From the IMG/VR virus record IMGVR_UViG_3300027763_000043, positions 1-64,000 of that record: 64,000 bases of DNA, one strand, 5' to 3'. This DNA comes from a virus. The notes beneath the pieces were generated by a model, which saw only the letters and a program-made list of their open reading frames with translations, searched no databases and had not been told where the DNA came from. This document shows, piece after piece, positions 18,091 through 28,840 of this stretch. Every line of letters starts with the position of its first letter. Position 1 is the first letter of the stretch. Position numbers and translations under genes: made by a program.

Positions 18091-20583
18091 TTAAAGAAGT
18101 CCGGCGCCGGAAATTACATATTCAAAAGTAGTACCAAAGACCCAATTAGTACACAATACTGTTGCAAGACCTCTTCCTTGAAGTGTTCTGTTACCATCTT
18201 TAGTTGTTCCTGCAAGTCTTAAATTAGTTGCAGTACCCATTGCAATTGTTATAGGAGAACTACTATTGTTATATATGACCACATTCATACCAGTTATAAG
18301 AGTATTATTAATAGTTACAGTTCCGGTAGCTGCAATAAATTTACCATTATCCGTGATTGAAACATTAACAGGAGTACCAGATTGACCTGGTGGTATTGTT
18401 GCTGGTCCAAAAATACCTTGTATTCCCTGAGTTCCCTGATTACTTTGGATTCCTTGAGTTCCTTGATTACTTAAACCCTGAAGTCCCTGATTTGCCTGAA
18501 GTCCTTGAGTTCCTTGAGTTCCCTGATTTGCTTGCAATCCTTGATTTCCTTGAGTTCCCTGCCTTCCCTGCAATCCTTGAGTTCCTTGATCGCCCTGAAG
18601 TCCTTGAGTTCCTTGGTTTGCCTGAAGTCCTTGAGTTCCTTGGTTTGCTCTTCCCTGAAGTCCTTGAGTTCCTTGGCCACTTTGAAGACCTTGAGATCCT
18701 TGAGATCCTCCCCCCTGCATTCCTTGAGTTCCCTGATTATTTTGAAGTCCTTGAGTTCCTTGAGTTCCTTGAAAATTGGAAAGAGGACCTTGAATACCTT
18801 GAGTACCTTGTCTTCCTTGAACTCCTTGACTTCCCTGAGTTCCTTGAAAATCGGAAAGAGGACCTTGAATACCTTGAGATCCTTGAGAAGATGCTCCTTG
18901 AAGACCCTGCATTCCTTGATTTCCACCACCACCCTGAAGACCTTGAAGTCCTTGAGTTCCCTTATCCCCCTGAAGTCCCTGTCTTCCTTGAGTTCCCTGA
19001 TTTGATTGTAATCCTTGAGTTCCCTGATTTGCTTGCAATCCTTGATTTCCTTGAGTTCCCTGCCTTCCCTGCAATCCTTGAGTTCCTTGATCACTTTGAA
19101 GGCCTTGAGTTCCTTGATTACTTAAACCCTGAAGTCCCTGCCTTCCTTGAGTTCCTTGATCACCCTGAAGTCCTTGAGTTCCTTGATTGCTTAAACCTTG
19201 TAATCCTTGTGTTCCTTGAGTTGCTTGAAGACCCTGAGATCCTTGAGTTCCTCCACCCTGAAGTCCTTGATTTCCTTGAGTTGCCTGAAGTCCTTGATTT
19301 CCTTGAGTTCCTTGGTTTGCCTGAAGTCCTTGAGTTCCTTGGTTTGCCTGAAGTCCTTGAGTTCCTTGGTTTGCCTGAAGTCCTTGAGTTCCTTGAGTTC
19401 CTTGTCCCCCCTGCAATCCTTGAAGACCTTGAGTTCCTTGAGTTCCTTGATTACTTAAACCCTGCAATCCTTGAATTCCTTGAGGACCCCTAATAACTCC
19501 AACATCAACCCAAGTTGCAGTAGGTGTTACTCCATTAGAAACCCACAAATGTCCATCAGCATCATTAATAACTCCAGAACCTTGACCATATGTTGATGAT
19601 GGAAAATAATGATTTAAATATCCTTGAGGATCATTTGGACCTCCACCAGGATAAGTACCATTGACATCAGTTGCAAATCCAACAATACTAACCGAAGTAC
19701 CATCTTTTCCAATTATTCCTTGAGCTCCATATACACCTTGAAGTCCTTGAAATCCTTGAGTTCCTTGAATTCCTTGATTACTTAAACCTTGCAATCCCTG
19801 AAGACCTTGAGTTCCTTGCCTTCCCTGCAATCCTTGAGTTCCCTGATTACTTAAACCTTGCAATCCTTGTGTTCCTTGATCACCTTGAAGTCCTTGTGTT
19901 CCTTGAGTTGCTTGAGTTCCTTGATTACTAACACCTTGCAATCCTTGAAGGCCTTGTGTTCCCTGATTGCTTAAACCTTGCAATCCTTGTGTTCCCTGAG
20001 ATCCTTGAGTTCCTGCTCCCTGCAATCCCTGAAGACCTTGAGTTCCTTGAGTTGCCTGAAGGCCTTGTGTTCCCTGATTACTTAAACCTTGCAATCCCTG
20101 AAGACCTTGAGTTCCTTGCCTTCCCTGCAATCCTTGAGTTCCCTGATTACTTAAACCTTGCAATCCTTGTGTTCCTTGATCACCTTGAAGTCCTTGTGTT
20201 CCTTGAGTTCCTTGATTTCCAGTTCCCTGAAGTCCTTGAGTTCCTTGATCACCCTGAAGTCCTTGAGTTCCTTGATTACTTAACCCCTGCAATCCTTGGA
20301 GGCCTTGTGTTCCTTGATTTGCCTGAATTCCTTGAGTTCCTTGAGTTCCTTGAGTTCCCTGTGTTCCTTGAGATCCAGTAGCTAAATTTTTCCAATATCG
20401 ATCATAAGTTGTCCCATTATCAACCGTAACTAAACTATAATATATTGGTGACGCTGGAATAGGTTTTTCTCCAGGATATCCCAAATTTGGTTCTACCTCA
20501 TCCAATCCCAAATAACGATATCTTTCCGAATTAATACCGGAAAATGGTCTAAGTTTTTTTCTTCCAGTTTTATAATCTGCCAT
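18091..20583 (-). CDS. Collagen-like tail fibre protein
   Basis: Two long G-T/L-Q triplet blocks separated by a small globular domain; C-terminal ...YVISGAGLL domain. Confidence 0.85.
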   Translation of the reverse strand: MADYKTGRKKLRPFSGINSERYRYLGLDEVEPNLGYPGEKPIPASPIYYSLVTVDNGTTYDRYWKNLATGSQGTQGTQGTQGTQGIQANQGTQGLQGLQGLSNQGTQGLQGDQGTQGLQGTGNQGTQGTQGLQGDQGTQGLQGLSNQGTQGLQGRQGTQGLQGLQGLSNQGTQGLQATQGTQGLQGLQGAGTQGSQGTQGLQGLSNQGTQGLQGLQGVSNQGTQATQGTQGLQGDQGTQGLQGLSNQGTQGLQGRQGTQGLQGLQGLSNQGIQGTQGFQGLQGVYGAQGIIGKDGTSVSIVGFATDVNGTYPGGGPNDPQGYLNHYFPSSTYGQGSGVINDADGHLWVSNGVTPTATWVDVGVIRGPQGIQGLQGLSNQGTQGTQGLQGLQGGQGTQGTQGLQANQGTQGLQANQGTQGLQANQGTQGNQGLQATQGNQGLQGGGTQGSQGLQATQGTQGLQGLSNQGTQGLQGDQGTQGRQGLQGLSNQGTQGLQSDQGTQGLQGRQGTQGNQGLQANQGTQGLQSNQGTQGRQGLQGDKGTQGLQGLQGGGGNQGMQGLQGASSQGSQGIQGPLSDFQGTQGSQGVQGRQGTQGIQGPLSNFQGTQGTQGLQNNQGTQGMQGGGSQGSQGLQSGQGTQGLQGRANQGTQGLQANQGTQGLQGDQGTQGLQGRQGTQGNQGLQANQGTQGTQGLQANQGLQGLSNQGTQGIQSNQGTQGIQGIFGPATIPPGQSGTPVNVSITDNGKFIAATGTVTINNTLITGMNVVIYNNSSSPITIAMGTATNLRLAGTTKDGNRTLQGRGLATVLCTNWVFGTTFEYVISGAGLL
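18410..20375 (-). repeat. 9-bp-periodic collagen-coding repeats with higher-order duplications
   Basis: ccttgagtt/ccttgaagt units; a ~130-bp block repeated 300 bp apart (about 19780 and 20080). Confidence 0.9.
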
Positions 20584-20585
20584 AA

Positions 20586-21245
20586 TTATGCAATGCTATT
20601 TTCAAGAATACTACAAATGAATTCCATTTGTAATGGTGCAACCAATCCACCACTCACATATGTATGAGCAATACCGACAATAGATCCGGAATTAGTGACA
20701 AAAGTCTTAGATGTACCAACATCACCAATAATAGATGTTACAGTAAAAGATTGTTGTGGTGATGGGAAAATAGTTGTTGTGATTCCAGTACTTCCAAAAC
20801 ATGTAAATGCTAAACCACTCATTGTAACTTGATCATCAACAATAAAGTTGTGTGGATTGAAAGTAGTAATTGTTGTAATTCCAGTATTATTATCATATAA
20901 ACACCCCGTAATACTCACTATTCCCGCCTGGGAACCTTCAATTACAATAGAATCTGAAATTAAAGAAGTTCTTTCAAGTACCAATCGTCCATCAATAATC
21001 ATCAAATTATCATTTGGGGGAATTTCCGTTTCCTTTAAAACTCTAATATCTCTAATATTTCCCGTTTTATTTGTTTTTCTTCTGTGAGTAAATGTAATTG
21101 TAGGATATGTAGTCAAACCAACATTAGCAACTTGTGCCAATAGGACAATCGCAGATACTCCAGTTGGTGTAGTATATACTGTTTGCTCTCCTGGAGCAAC
21201 TGGAACTGCAATTGTTATAAATTTATTGACTGGTGCTACTGCCAT
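20586..21245 (-). CDS. Putative virion structural protein
   Basis: 219 aa; beta-rich; YDNNTGITTITT...HTYVSGG motif; lies in the late operon. Confidence 0.65.
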   Translation of the reverse strand: MAVAPVNKFITIAVPVAPGEQTVYTTPTGVSAIVLLAQVANVGLTTYPTITFTHRRKTNKTGNIRDIRVLKETEIPPNDNLMIIDGRLVLERTSLISDSIVIEGSQAGIVSITGCLYDNNTGITTITTFNPHNFIVDDQVTMSGLAFTCFGSTGITTTIFPSPQQSFTVTSIIGDVGTSKTFVTNSGSIVGIAHTYVSGGLVAPLQMEFICSILENSIA

Positions 21246-21246
21246 T

Positions 21247-24200
21247 TTATCTTAATGCAAGAATTAGAGGTGTAACTTCTGCCTGAATTGCTTTACTGAA
21301 ATCTCTTCCCGTAATTGAAGCAGTTGTTTGGTTAATTTGAATACCAGCGCCAATATTAAAATTACCTCGTTGATCTGTACTTGTATATGGTATTTGAGCA
21401 CCATCCAAGGCAACGACTTCATTTGATTTTATTGGTACTCCACCACCTTGAGGAGTTGAATTATTTATGGACGTACCAGCACCAATGTATTCAAAAGAAT
21501 GTCCACTGGTAAGAATACGACTGATTCTTCTAAGTTCAAATTCAGTACCGGCAGACACAAGATAAGGTACAAATTCATTGAATGTAACTGTAGTGACACC
21601 AACATTATTTCCACCAACTGTTCTGTTTAATGGAAGAGATGGAGATGTTGGATTAATTGCGAATGTTACGATTCCGACTAAAGTATTAATTGCATCTTGA
21701 ACATTTGTGCAAGATAGTGGAGATGTATTAGATCCAGTACCAGAATCGGCAATCAGAGAAAGATTTTTAACTTGTGTATAAGTATTACTGGAAGGATTTT
21801 GTTTTGTAATAGTTTGGTTTGTTATGATTAACTTTGCAAGATCTCTTGCTCTCTCATACGTATAGATTGATTCATTCTGCTCACCAGCAAGAAGTACTGG
21901 ATGGTCAATATAATATTTGGCCGCATCATAAGTCTTATCATTTCCACCAAATTGGAGATTGTGACATATTTTCTTCAATACTAACTTAACATCAGCAATA
22001 CACTTCGAATTTCCTCCCGGAATAGTAAATGTGGGGAAGTTAGCAAGCATTCTATCAACTGCTTCCGTTGCAATAAAATCAAGATTATCCAGAATTAAAT
22101 TCACTGCATCGGCATATCTTCCGTTAGCACCAACAGCAAGTGTTGATTCAGTTGCCTCCAGAACTGTATAATAAATCGATTCCATCACGGCAACTAAATC
22201 ATTCGTTGGAGTACCATTAATTTTGACTCCTATATTCTGTGTTGCTAAGTAATTTCTTCCACCATTCACAACATCAACTGCAGTAATAGATCCATCATCA
22301 CCTACAGTTGAAGAAACTTCTGCAATAATTCCTTCTGGTCCCAATGGAACATTTTCATTTGTATTAATATCATAAATTGCAACATCTGGTGGAGATACTT
22401 GACTATACCCAGATCCACCATTAATAACATCGATTTTTAATAATCGCTTCATTGGAGCACTAGTAATTCCAGTCTGTCCAGTATTATAATCTGCAAGATT
22501 TAATTTAAAGAATAATGCCTGACCATCATAAGGTTTTCTTATATCAATGAATTCATCACTCACATTTGTAAATACAATTGTATCAGTTTCTTCGGTTGTT
22601 GCGGTAAGAACATTTCCAGTAAATTCTGTTGCTCCGACCCCGACTGCATACAATCCATAATTACCAAATGATGAATTGGAGTTTGTAAGATCACATTGTC
22701 CACCAGAATCTACATATACCGCAATATCAGATGCAATTGTGAATAGTGAAACTAACTGCGCATATCCATTATTGGTAATTGAGACTCCAATTCCTGCCTC
22801 ATTATATTGTGTAAATGAGTCGAGAACCATACATTTCAAGTTTGCTCCAATAGTAGAAGCAGTTGCATGATCACCATTGATCTTCATACCAATACTTCTA
22901 GACATGAAGTTAGTACAGTTCCGAACGTATGGACTCTTCCATCTTCCAGTTTCTCCTTCTGTTGCTGGTCCTGGAGCAATATATCCACTTATAGCATATT
23001 GTGATGGATTTATTGGGGGGAATGCAACCGCCCCTGCGCCAGTATGAGCAACGGAGATATTTGATCCTGCAAAGGATAGATTTTCAATTAGACAACCTCT
23101 TCTCACATGAAAAACATCTTTGGTTGGATTATTTGGAATAATAGTAACCAATCTTAGATCTTGACCTGATAAGCAAACATCAGTTCTAAGTCCGATGGGA
23201 TTATTTTCGTAATAAACACCGGAACGAACAATAATGGTATCACCAGGTTCTGCTATGGAAGCACCTGCACCAATCGTTCTTTTTGCATCACCCTCCAACA
23301 ATCCACTATTAGAATCATCACCATTAAGTGTAACCCATATGGATCTCTTTGTTTGAACGCCAGGAGGTCTCCACGAAACACCAGTACCTACAGATGCTAA
23401 ACGATAATCAGTTTTTCCAATAGCAGTACTGCCATTTATGTCGATTAGTGAAGAATCAAGTTTTAATGTTCCACCAATTTTTGTATTTCCACCAACATTC
23501 AAATTACTTCCAATACCAACACCACCCTTGATTATAAGAGCACCAGTAGATTTATTTGTGGAATTAGTTGTTGAATTAAATGTTACATTACCACCAACAG
23601 ATAATGATGAGGTTAATGATGTTATACCAGAAACATTCAATGAAGAATTTAGGTAAGTTGCTTGATTTACATTCAATGTATCATTGAGAGTTGTTGCTCC
23701 AGATACAATTAATTGATCATCAATGGTCGTAGTTCCACCATCAGAATTAATTCGCAAATTACCAGTGGAGGTATCAATAGTATTATCATCGGCAATACCA
23801 ATTCTAATATTATCGATTGTAGCGCCACTATTGACATCAAGAAGACCAGAAATTGTAGTATTGCCAGCAATATTTAAAGAATCATCTAAAGTATCCCCAA
23901 TGATAATAGTTCCATTACCACTATTAAGTATTAAACTTCCTGTAGAAGTATCAATTGTATTATTATTAGAAATGCCAATTCTAATATTATCGATTATAGC
24001 ACCATCATTAACGTCAAGAAGACCTTCAATTGTAGCATTTTTAGTTACATTTAGTGTTTCACCAATGGTTACACCATAATCGACACTTAATGAATTATAA
24101 ATTCTGCTAGCACCATAAACATTTAATGTACGATAAAATTCGGCAGATTGTTCTACATATAAATTTCCATCAATATTAACCGTTCCAACTACATCAAGAG

Positions 24201-24852
24201 TATATACTGGATCTGGATTATTGATTCCAACATTAGAATTCCTATAGATATTGGATGTTCCTGAAGCAACTTCCCAAAAATTATACAGATTAACATCTGC
24301 AATACTTGGATTGGATGTATTTGTAATTGCCTGTACTGGATCTATTGCAATTCCAGAACCATTAACATTTCTAAAGTTAAGACCTCTATATGATTGTACG
24401 CCAGCAAGAACACCTTCATTATAAACAAATATACCTTCAGTAAATGATGGTTCAAGTGCAGTCCATTTAATACCCTCATTATCTTTTGTAAGAAATCCCC
24501 CAAGTGGTCCTGGACTATTTGTAGCATCATATATTTGAGAGCTAATCTTTATATTTCCAAGAATATCTAATTTTTGTTGTGGAATAAGACTTCCAATACC
24601 AACCTTACCTGCAGCAGCATCTGCAACTAGTGTAGTTCCATCAGCACCAACAGATAATTTTTTAAGAACTGTTAAATTATTGATTCTCCCACCATCAAAA
24701 TTAACGTCTCCATAAAAATTTGCAGGTCCACGGAAATTAACTGCTCCACCAAATTCTACAGGAGAATCTATGGAATTAAAGAAAACATTTTTAAAAAACG
24801 TAACGTTTTCATTAAAATATGCTTCCTGACCTGTAACTAAAATATCTGACAT
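21247..24852 (-). CDS. Tail fibre/spike protein with beta-helix domain
   Basis: 1201 aa; VGIGS motifs; WVTLNGDDSNSG...KRTIGA; shares LLDVNxGATIDNIRIG repeats with the 1834-aa fibre. Confidence 0.75.
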   Translation of the reverse strand: MSDILVTGQEAYFNENVTFFKNVFFNSIDSPVEFGGAVNFRGPANFYGDVNFDGGRINNLTVLKKLSVGADGTTLVADAAAGKVGIGSLIPQQKLDILGNIKISSQIYDATNSPGPLGGFLTKDNEGIKWTALEPSFTEGIFVYNEGVLAGVQSYRGLNFRNVNGSGIAIDPVQAITNTSNPSIADVNLYNFWEVASGTSNIYRNSNVGINNPDPVYTLDVVGTVNIDGNLYVEQSAEFYRTLNVYGASRIYNSLSVDYGVTIGETLNVTKNATIEGLLDVNDGAIIDNIRIGISNNNTIDTSTGSLILNSGNGTIIIGDTLDDSLNIAGNTTISGLLDVNSGATIDNIRIGIADDNTIDTSTGNLRINSDGGTTTIDDQLIVSGATTLNDTLNVNQATYLNSSLNVSGITSLTSSLSVGGNVTFNSTTNSTNKSTGALIIKGGVGIGSNLNVGGNTKIGGTLKLDSSLIDINGSTAIGKTDYRLASVGTGVSWRPPGVQTKRSIWVTLNGDDSNSGLLEGDAKRTIGAGASIAEPGDTIIVRSGVYYENNPIGLRTDVCLSGQDLRLVTIIPNNPTKDVFHVRRGCLIENLSFAGSNISVAHTGAGAVAFPPINPSQYAISGYIAPGPATEGETGRWKSPYVRNCTNFMSRSIGMKINGDHATASTIGANLKCMVLDSFTQYNEAGIGVSITNNGYAQLVSLFTIASDIAVYVDSGGQCDLTNSNSSFGNYGLYAVGVGATEFTGNVLTATTEETDTIVFTNVSDEFIDIRKPYDGQALFFKLNLADYNTGQTGITSAPMKRLLKIDVINGGSGYSQVSPPDVAIYDINTNENVPLGPEGIIAEVSSTVGDDGSITAVDVVNGGRNYLATQNIGVKINGTPTNDLVAVMESIYYTVLEATESTLAVGANGRYADAVNLILDNLDFIATEAVDRMLANFPTFTIPGGNSKCIADVKLVLKKICHNLQFGGNDKTYDAAKYYIDHPVLLAGEQNESIYTYERARDLAKLIITNQTITKQNPSSNTYTQVKNLSLIADSGTGSNTSPLSCTNVQDAINTLVGIVTFAINPTSPSLPLNRTVGGNNVGVTTVTFNEFVPYLVSAGTEFELRRISRILTSGHSFEYIGAGTSINNSTPQGGGVPIKSNEVVALDGAQIPYTSTDQRGNFNIGAGIQINQTTASITGRDFSKAIQAEVTPLILALR

Positions 24853-24853
24853 T

Positions 24854-25420
24854 TTATAGTCCTATAATTGAAGTTAATCCACCACTAAAGGTCTTCGTAA
24901 TTATATCAGCACCAACAAAAGAACCAGAAAAAACTTGCTCCCCAAAACTAGTACCAGGTGGTAGTAAATTTCCATCCAGTGCATCACAATCTACTTTATT
25001 TCCTTTGATAAGAACTCTACCAGAACCAGAATCTAATGTAATATTTCTTCCCGCCTTAATATCTACATCTTCATCTGCATCAATCATAATGTTTTGAGCA
25101 CGAATTCTAACTCTCCCATTCTTTTCTGCAGTGATGCAAACATCACCATTTCTACCACTAATTACAATATCTACACCGTTTGATTGACTTTTTTGTCCTG
25201 CGACAATTTCAATGGAATGATCATTGTAAATTTTATATGTCCCACCTTCACTTAATCCAGTAATACAAACATCATTATTATCAGTAACTGCATAAAAATT
25301 ATAGACATCAGTACCATTCAACCCCATTGTGGGATTGTTCATATCTAATCTGAATTTTGGACCAAAACTGGTTACACTCCTATTCTGCCAGTTTTGTTTA
25401 TCAAAAGGTCTTTCTGCCAT
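24854..25420 (-). CDS. Baseplate spike / gp5 C-terminal beta-helix-like protein
   Basis: Short beta-strand repeats (IMIDADEDVDIKAGRNITLDS); immediately follows the gp5 N-domain gene. Confidence 0.6.
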   Translation of the reverse strand: MAERPFDKQNWQNRSVTSFGPKFRLDMNNPTMGLNGTDVYNFYAVTDNNDVCITGLSEGGTYKIYNDHSIEIVAGQKSQSNGVDIVISGRNGDVCITAEKNGRVRIRAQNIMIDADEDVDIKAGRNITLDSGSGRVLIKGNKVDCDALDGNLLPPGTSFGEQVFSGSFVGADIITKTFSGGLTSIIGL

Positions 25421-25421
25421 T

Positions 25422-27491
25422 TTATGTCACACAATCGATTACTTGTTTTACTTCACCTTGGAATTCTGCAGGTTCTATATCCAATATTGGTCGCAATATA
25501 GCACCAGAACCAGTTTCAGATTCAATAGTAATTATAGGAAGATCATTGACTATAGTAGTATTATTATTAGTAGTAGTAATATCATTCCCACTGATATTTA
25601 TTGGTTGAATCTTATTGATATAACCTTCAAAGACTTCAATTGAATAGTCATTACCAAATTGATCAGTTGCAGTATCAGTTTGACTATAATTTTGACCTGG
25701 ATTTTGAATTAGAATATTCTTAACGATATAATTTCTAGCAACAAGTGACCCAGTTTGGGGATCATTTAAATTATTAGTTACTGATGTATTTTCATATACA
25801 TCCCCAATTGGATAATTTTCACCTTCAGAAACAATATAAATTGAATCAACTTCACCAGCATCATTAATTGTTGCTCTTGCTATAGCACCATAACCTTGAT
25901 TACAATTATCAGATATCTCTACAAATGGTGGGAAATCATATCCAGAACCACCATTAGTTAATTTTGCGCCTATAACACTTCCAGTTGATCCAACAATTGC
26001 TCCCATTAAAGGAATTGCAGTTGCACCAGATCCCCCACCACCAAAAATGGTAACCGTAGGAGCACCAAATGAAGTAGGTGGTCCAGTATAACATCCTCCA
26101 AGTGTATTGGGTATATTATTTACAGCACTAAACGCACCGGCAACTCCACCAACAATATTTTGTACTCCACCTAAAATACCACTACCAGATGTTATTGCAC
26201 CAGCAAGATTTGCATTTTCCAAAATTTTCCCAAAATCGGGTGCTGGTACATTCGATGGTCCTTGCCCAATTACCCACTGTTCAACAATACCTTTTGCCTT
26301 ACCAGTACTTTGATTACAATCAAACATCCCAACAAGACCCTTAATAGCATCAATACCTCCTCTCAAAAATCCATCAACACTAAATGAAGAGAAGAATTTA
26401 AGAAGTGTTTGAACTCCACCAATGGCAGATTGCAATCCGCTGGTTATTTTTCCAATAATATCATTAATCAGTGATCCTGCAAATTGATTGGCAGCACAAC
26501 TTACAAAATTTTGAACATTGTCTACTGCCGAATTAAGAATTTTCTTAATTACACTACCTAACCCACTCACAATTGCCCCAGAAACACAAGACATTGCTTT
26601 TTGTAATATATTAACTGGTTGAACCATCACAGTTTGTGCTGCCACTCCAGCAAGATGAGCAGCGCCGGGATTTAATGTTGCGGACAAAACTTTGGCAAAA
26701 ACGGATTTATAAAGTAAATCTAAACCTTTGCTTAATAACTTTGTCAGATGCTTAAATAACCCATTGGTCATATTACCAACTAATCCATTGGTAATTGCCT
26801 GAACTTTATCAACTACACGATTGATCTCATTTTTGATATTAGTAAAAATAGCAGGTGCTTTAACTTTATTCAGCAAATTGCCAACTTCTGTGGAGATTTT
26901 ATTGACAACAGTATTGTTTACAGTATTTGCAAGTTGAATCTTGTCACCGATTGCACTATAATATGAGATTTCATCATCTCCAATATTTTGCGCTTGTTCT
27001 GGAGATACATGTCTCGGAGATTTCTGAGACTCAGCATTTTGCTCACTTGACTGATCAGGTTTGAGTGTTCCGTTTGGTTTTTTAACCTTATCAGTATATC
27101 CAGTAAATGGTTGAAATGGTCCTGGTTTATTGGAAGTAAGAACCTGTGAAGTTCTTCCAAAACATCCCATAATTACGGGAGTCTGTGCATTATCAGTATC
27201 TAAGAAAAATCCAAAAACAACATCACCAGGAGAGACCTTTACACTAGTCGCATTATTTCCAGCGCCTGTTCCTGAAGTTGTTGGAAGTAAGCATTGTGCC
27301 CAAGGCAAATCTTCATCTGGAAGTTCGGTAAGATCATAAGGATGATATCCCATAATACGAACCTTAAATCTATTTCCCCATCCTGCACCATTAATTTGCC
27401 CACCATGAGCAGTCTCTGGTGGAATCTGCCCAATCCACCAACGAAATCCGTCTCTTCCTAGAAAATTAGTTTTTAATGAGGATTCTTGCAT
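25422..27491 (-). CDS. gp5: Baseplate hub gp5-like protein (OB-fold N-terminus)
   Basis: FRWWIGQ...KVRIMGYH...LPDEDLPWA...VFGFFLD..NAQTPVIMG. Confidence 0.85.
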   Translation of the reverse strand: MQESSLKTNFLGRDGFRWWIGQIPPETAHGGQINGAGWGNRFKVRIMGYHPYDLTELPDEDLPWAQCLLPTTSGTGAGNNATSVKVSPGDVVFGFFLDTDNAQTPVIMGCFGRTSQVLTSNKPGPFQPFTGYTDKVKKPNGTLKPDQSSEQNAESQKSPRHVSPEQAQNIGDDEISYYSAIGDKIQLANTVNNTVVNKISTEVGNLLNKVKAPAIFTNIKNEINRVVDKVQAITNGLVGNMTNGLFKHLTKLLSKGLDLLYKSVFAKVLSATLNPGAAHLAGVAAQTVMVQPVNILQKAMSCVSGAIVSGLGSVIKKILNSAVDNVQNFVSCAANQFAGSLINDIIGKITSGLQSAIGGVQTLLKFFSSFSVDGFLRGGIDAIKGLVGMFDCNQSTGKAKGIVEQWVIGQGPSNVPAPDFGKILENANLAGAITSGSGILGGVQNIVGGVAGAFSAVNNIPNTLGGCYTGPPTSFGAPTVTIFGGGGSGATAIPLMGAIVGSTGSVIGAKLTNGGSGYDFPPFVEISDNCNQGYGAIARATINDAGEVDSIYIVSEGENYPIGDVYENTSVTNNLNDPQTGSLVARNYIVKNILIQNPGQNYSQTDTATDQFGNDYSIEVFEGYINKIQPINISGNDITTTNNNTTIVNDLPIITIESETGSGAILRPILDIEPAEFQGEVKQVIDCVT

Positions 27492-28840
27492 TACTTGTCG
27501 TTTGTCCCATGTGCTCCGAATGTATCTCTAATCAATTTCATTGAAGTATAAGATGCATCACTATCAAAATGATGACACAATTCTTTTATCATATATAGAC
27601 CACTTTGCTCCTTATCATATTCTTCCTTATCTCCTCTTGAAATTTTGGGGAAATTGCATTTAATAATATCTCCCGCTTTTAGATTCGTATTTGATCCCAC
27701 AACAATGCTCATAGTTTGTGTAAACAGCATATTGTATCTCATAATTGCCTGAGATTGATATTTGAAAGGATCAGAATTCACATCAGTCGAAACATCCTTT
27801 TCCATTGTACCAATATCGAGTACCTGAGTTAAATATCTGGTTGGAATGTGTCCAAGATCAATATTAGAATCATTGGAAATTTTGGGAAGTTCAAGTTGTT
27901 GTCCAAGATTCTTTACACCACTCACATAATCATCAGTCGTGAATGTTCCTTTTTGAGGATCGGTAAATTCAAATGTTAGTGGATTATAAAACATACGATA
28001 ACTTGCATAAGAACCAAGTCTCAATTTTTCAATTAAATTTTGATTCTTCTCTGTCTTATAATTTAAAATTGCAAAATCGTTATCTCTAGTCGTTCCAGAT
28101 TCATTGACCTGTGTATAAGTATACGTTGGAATATCATCCGGTTTTTGTGAGATTAGACTATCAATCGATCTAAACTGAAATCCTTCTCTGGTTTGATAAA
28201 ATACAAATCCTGCCGTTGCATCTCCAGAAATTTCTGCAGGAACTCCTTTTGATGCTAACCATACTAAGATTGTGAATGGTTTTCTTAGATTACCAATAAA
28301 TCCATATTTGTTTTGTGTTTTATCAATTTTACCAATCTTTTCAGTCTTGAGATAGTTTTTAAGAATATCTGTTACTGATGCATCAATTGTTGAACTTGTA
28401 GGATATTTTTTTCCGACTCTTGAAGTTTCATTCGTGATTGCTTCTCTTGAAGTTAAGTGTAATAGAAATGTTTCTCTTTGAGATTCGGATACAATATCAG
28501 TAATACTTGAGACATAAAGATAATCTTTTTGATTTGTGGCAAAATCCAATCCTGGATTTTTATCAGAGTTACCTTTTATCTTTAATGAAACTCTTTCTCC
28601 ACCACGAAGAGGAAGTCCATTATAAATTGATTGCCTTTCTCCATCAGGATTTCCTTCCTTATCTGGTGCTTGAATTGAATCTCCAGTATTAATTACTCTA
28701 ATCTTGGCGGTAATTGTTGGTGAAAAAATATCCTCATAGTAATCAATTGACACAGTACCTTGTCTAATATCAATCGTTCTCTTTTGATCATTTGATTCTA
28801 GTATCAATTCCTCATAAATTGACTTATTAATTGCTGCCAT
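27491..28840 (-). CDS. Baseplate hub protein (gp27-like)
   Basis: YYEDIFSPTITA, FVFYQTREGFQFRSIDSL, SGLYMIKELCH; adjacent to gp5. Confidence 0.65.
   Translation of the reverse strand: MAAINKSIYEELILESNDQKRTIDIRQGTVSIDYYEDIFSPTITAKIRVINTGDSIQAPDKEGNPDGERQSIYNGLPLRGGERVSLKIKGNSDKNPGLDFATNQKDYLYVSSITDIVSESQRETFLLHLTSREAITNETSRVGKKYPTSSTIDASVTDILKNYLKTEKIGKIDKTQNKYGFIGNLRKPFTILVWLASKGVPAEISGDATAGFVFYQTREGFQFRSIDSLISQKPDDIPTYTYTQVNESGTTRDNDFAILNYKTEKNQNLIEKLRLGSYASYRMFYNPLTFEFTDPQKGTFTTDDYVSGVKNLGQQLELPKISNDSNIDLGHIPTRYLTQVLDIGTMEKDVSTDVNSDPFKYQSQAIMRYNMLFTQTMSIVVGSNTNLKAGDIIKCNFPKISRGDKEEYDKEQSGLYMIKELCHHFDSDASYTSMKLIRDTFGAHGTNDK

Noticed and set aside
18390-20381. Long alternative-frame and antisense ORFs (367, 207, 166, 141 aa) over the collagen gene
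   Set aside because: Expected by-product of stop-free 9-bp periodic repeats; no RBS or promoter support
24854-27491. gp5 split into two ORFs as a frameshift or pseudogene
   Set aside because: Both ORFs are intact and spaced by 1 nt; modular gp5 arrangements are ordinary in T4-like cyanophages
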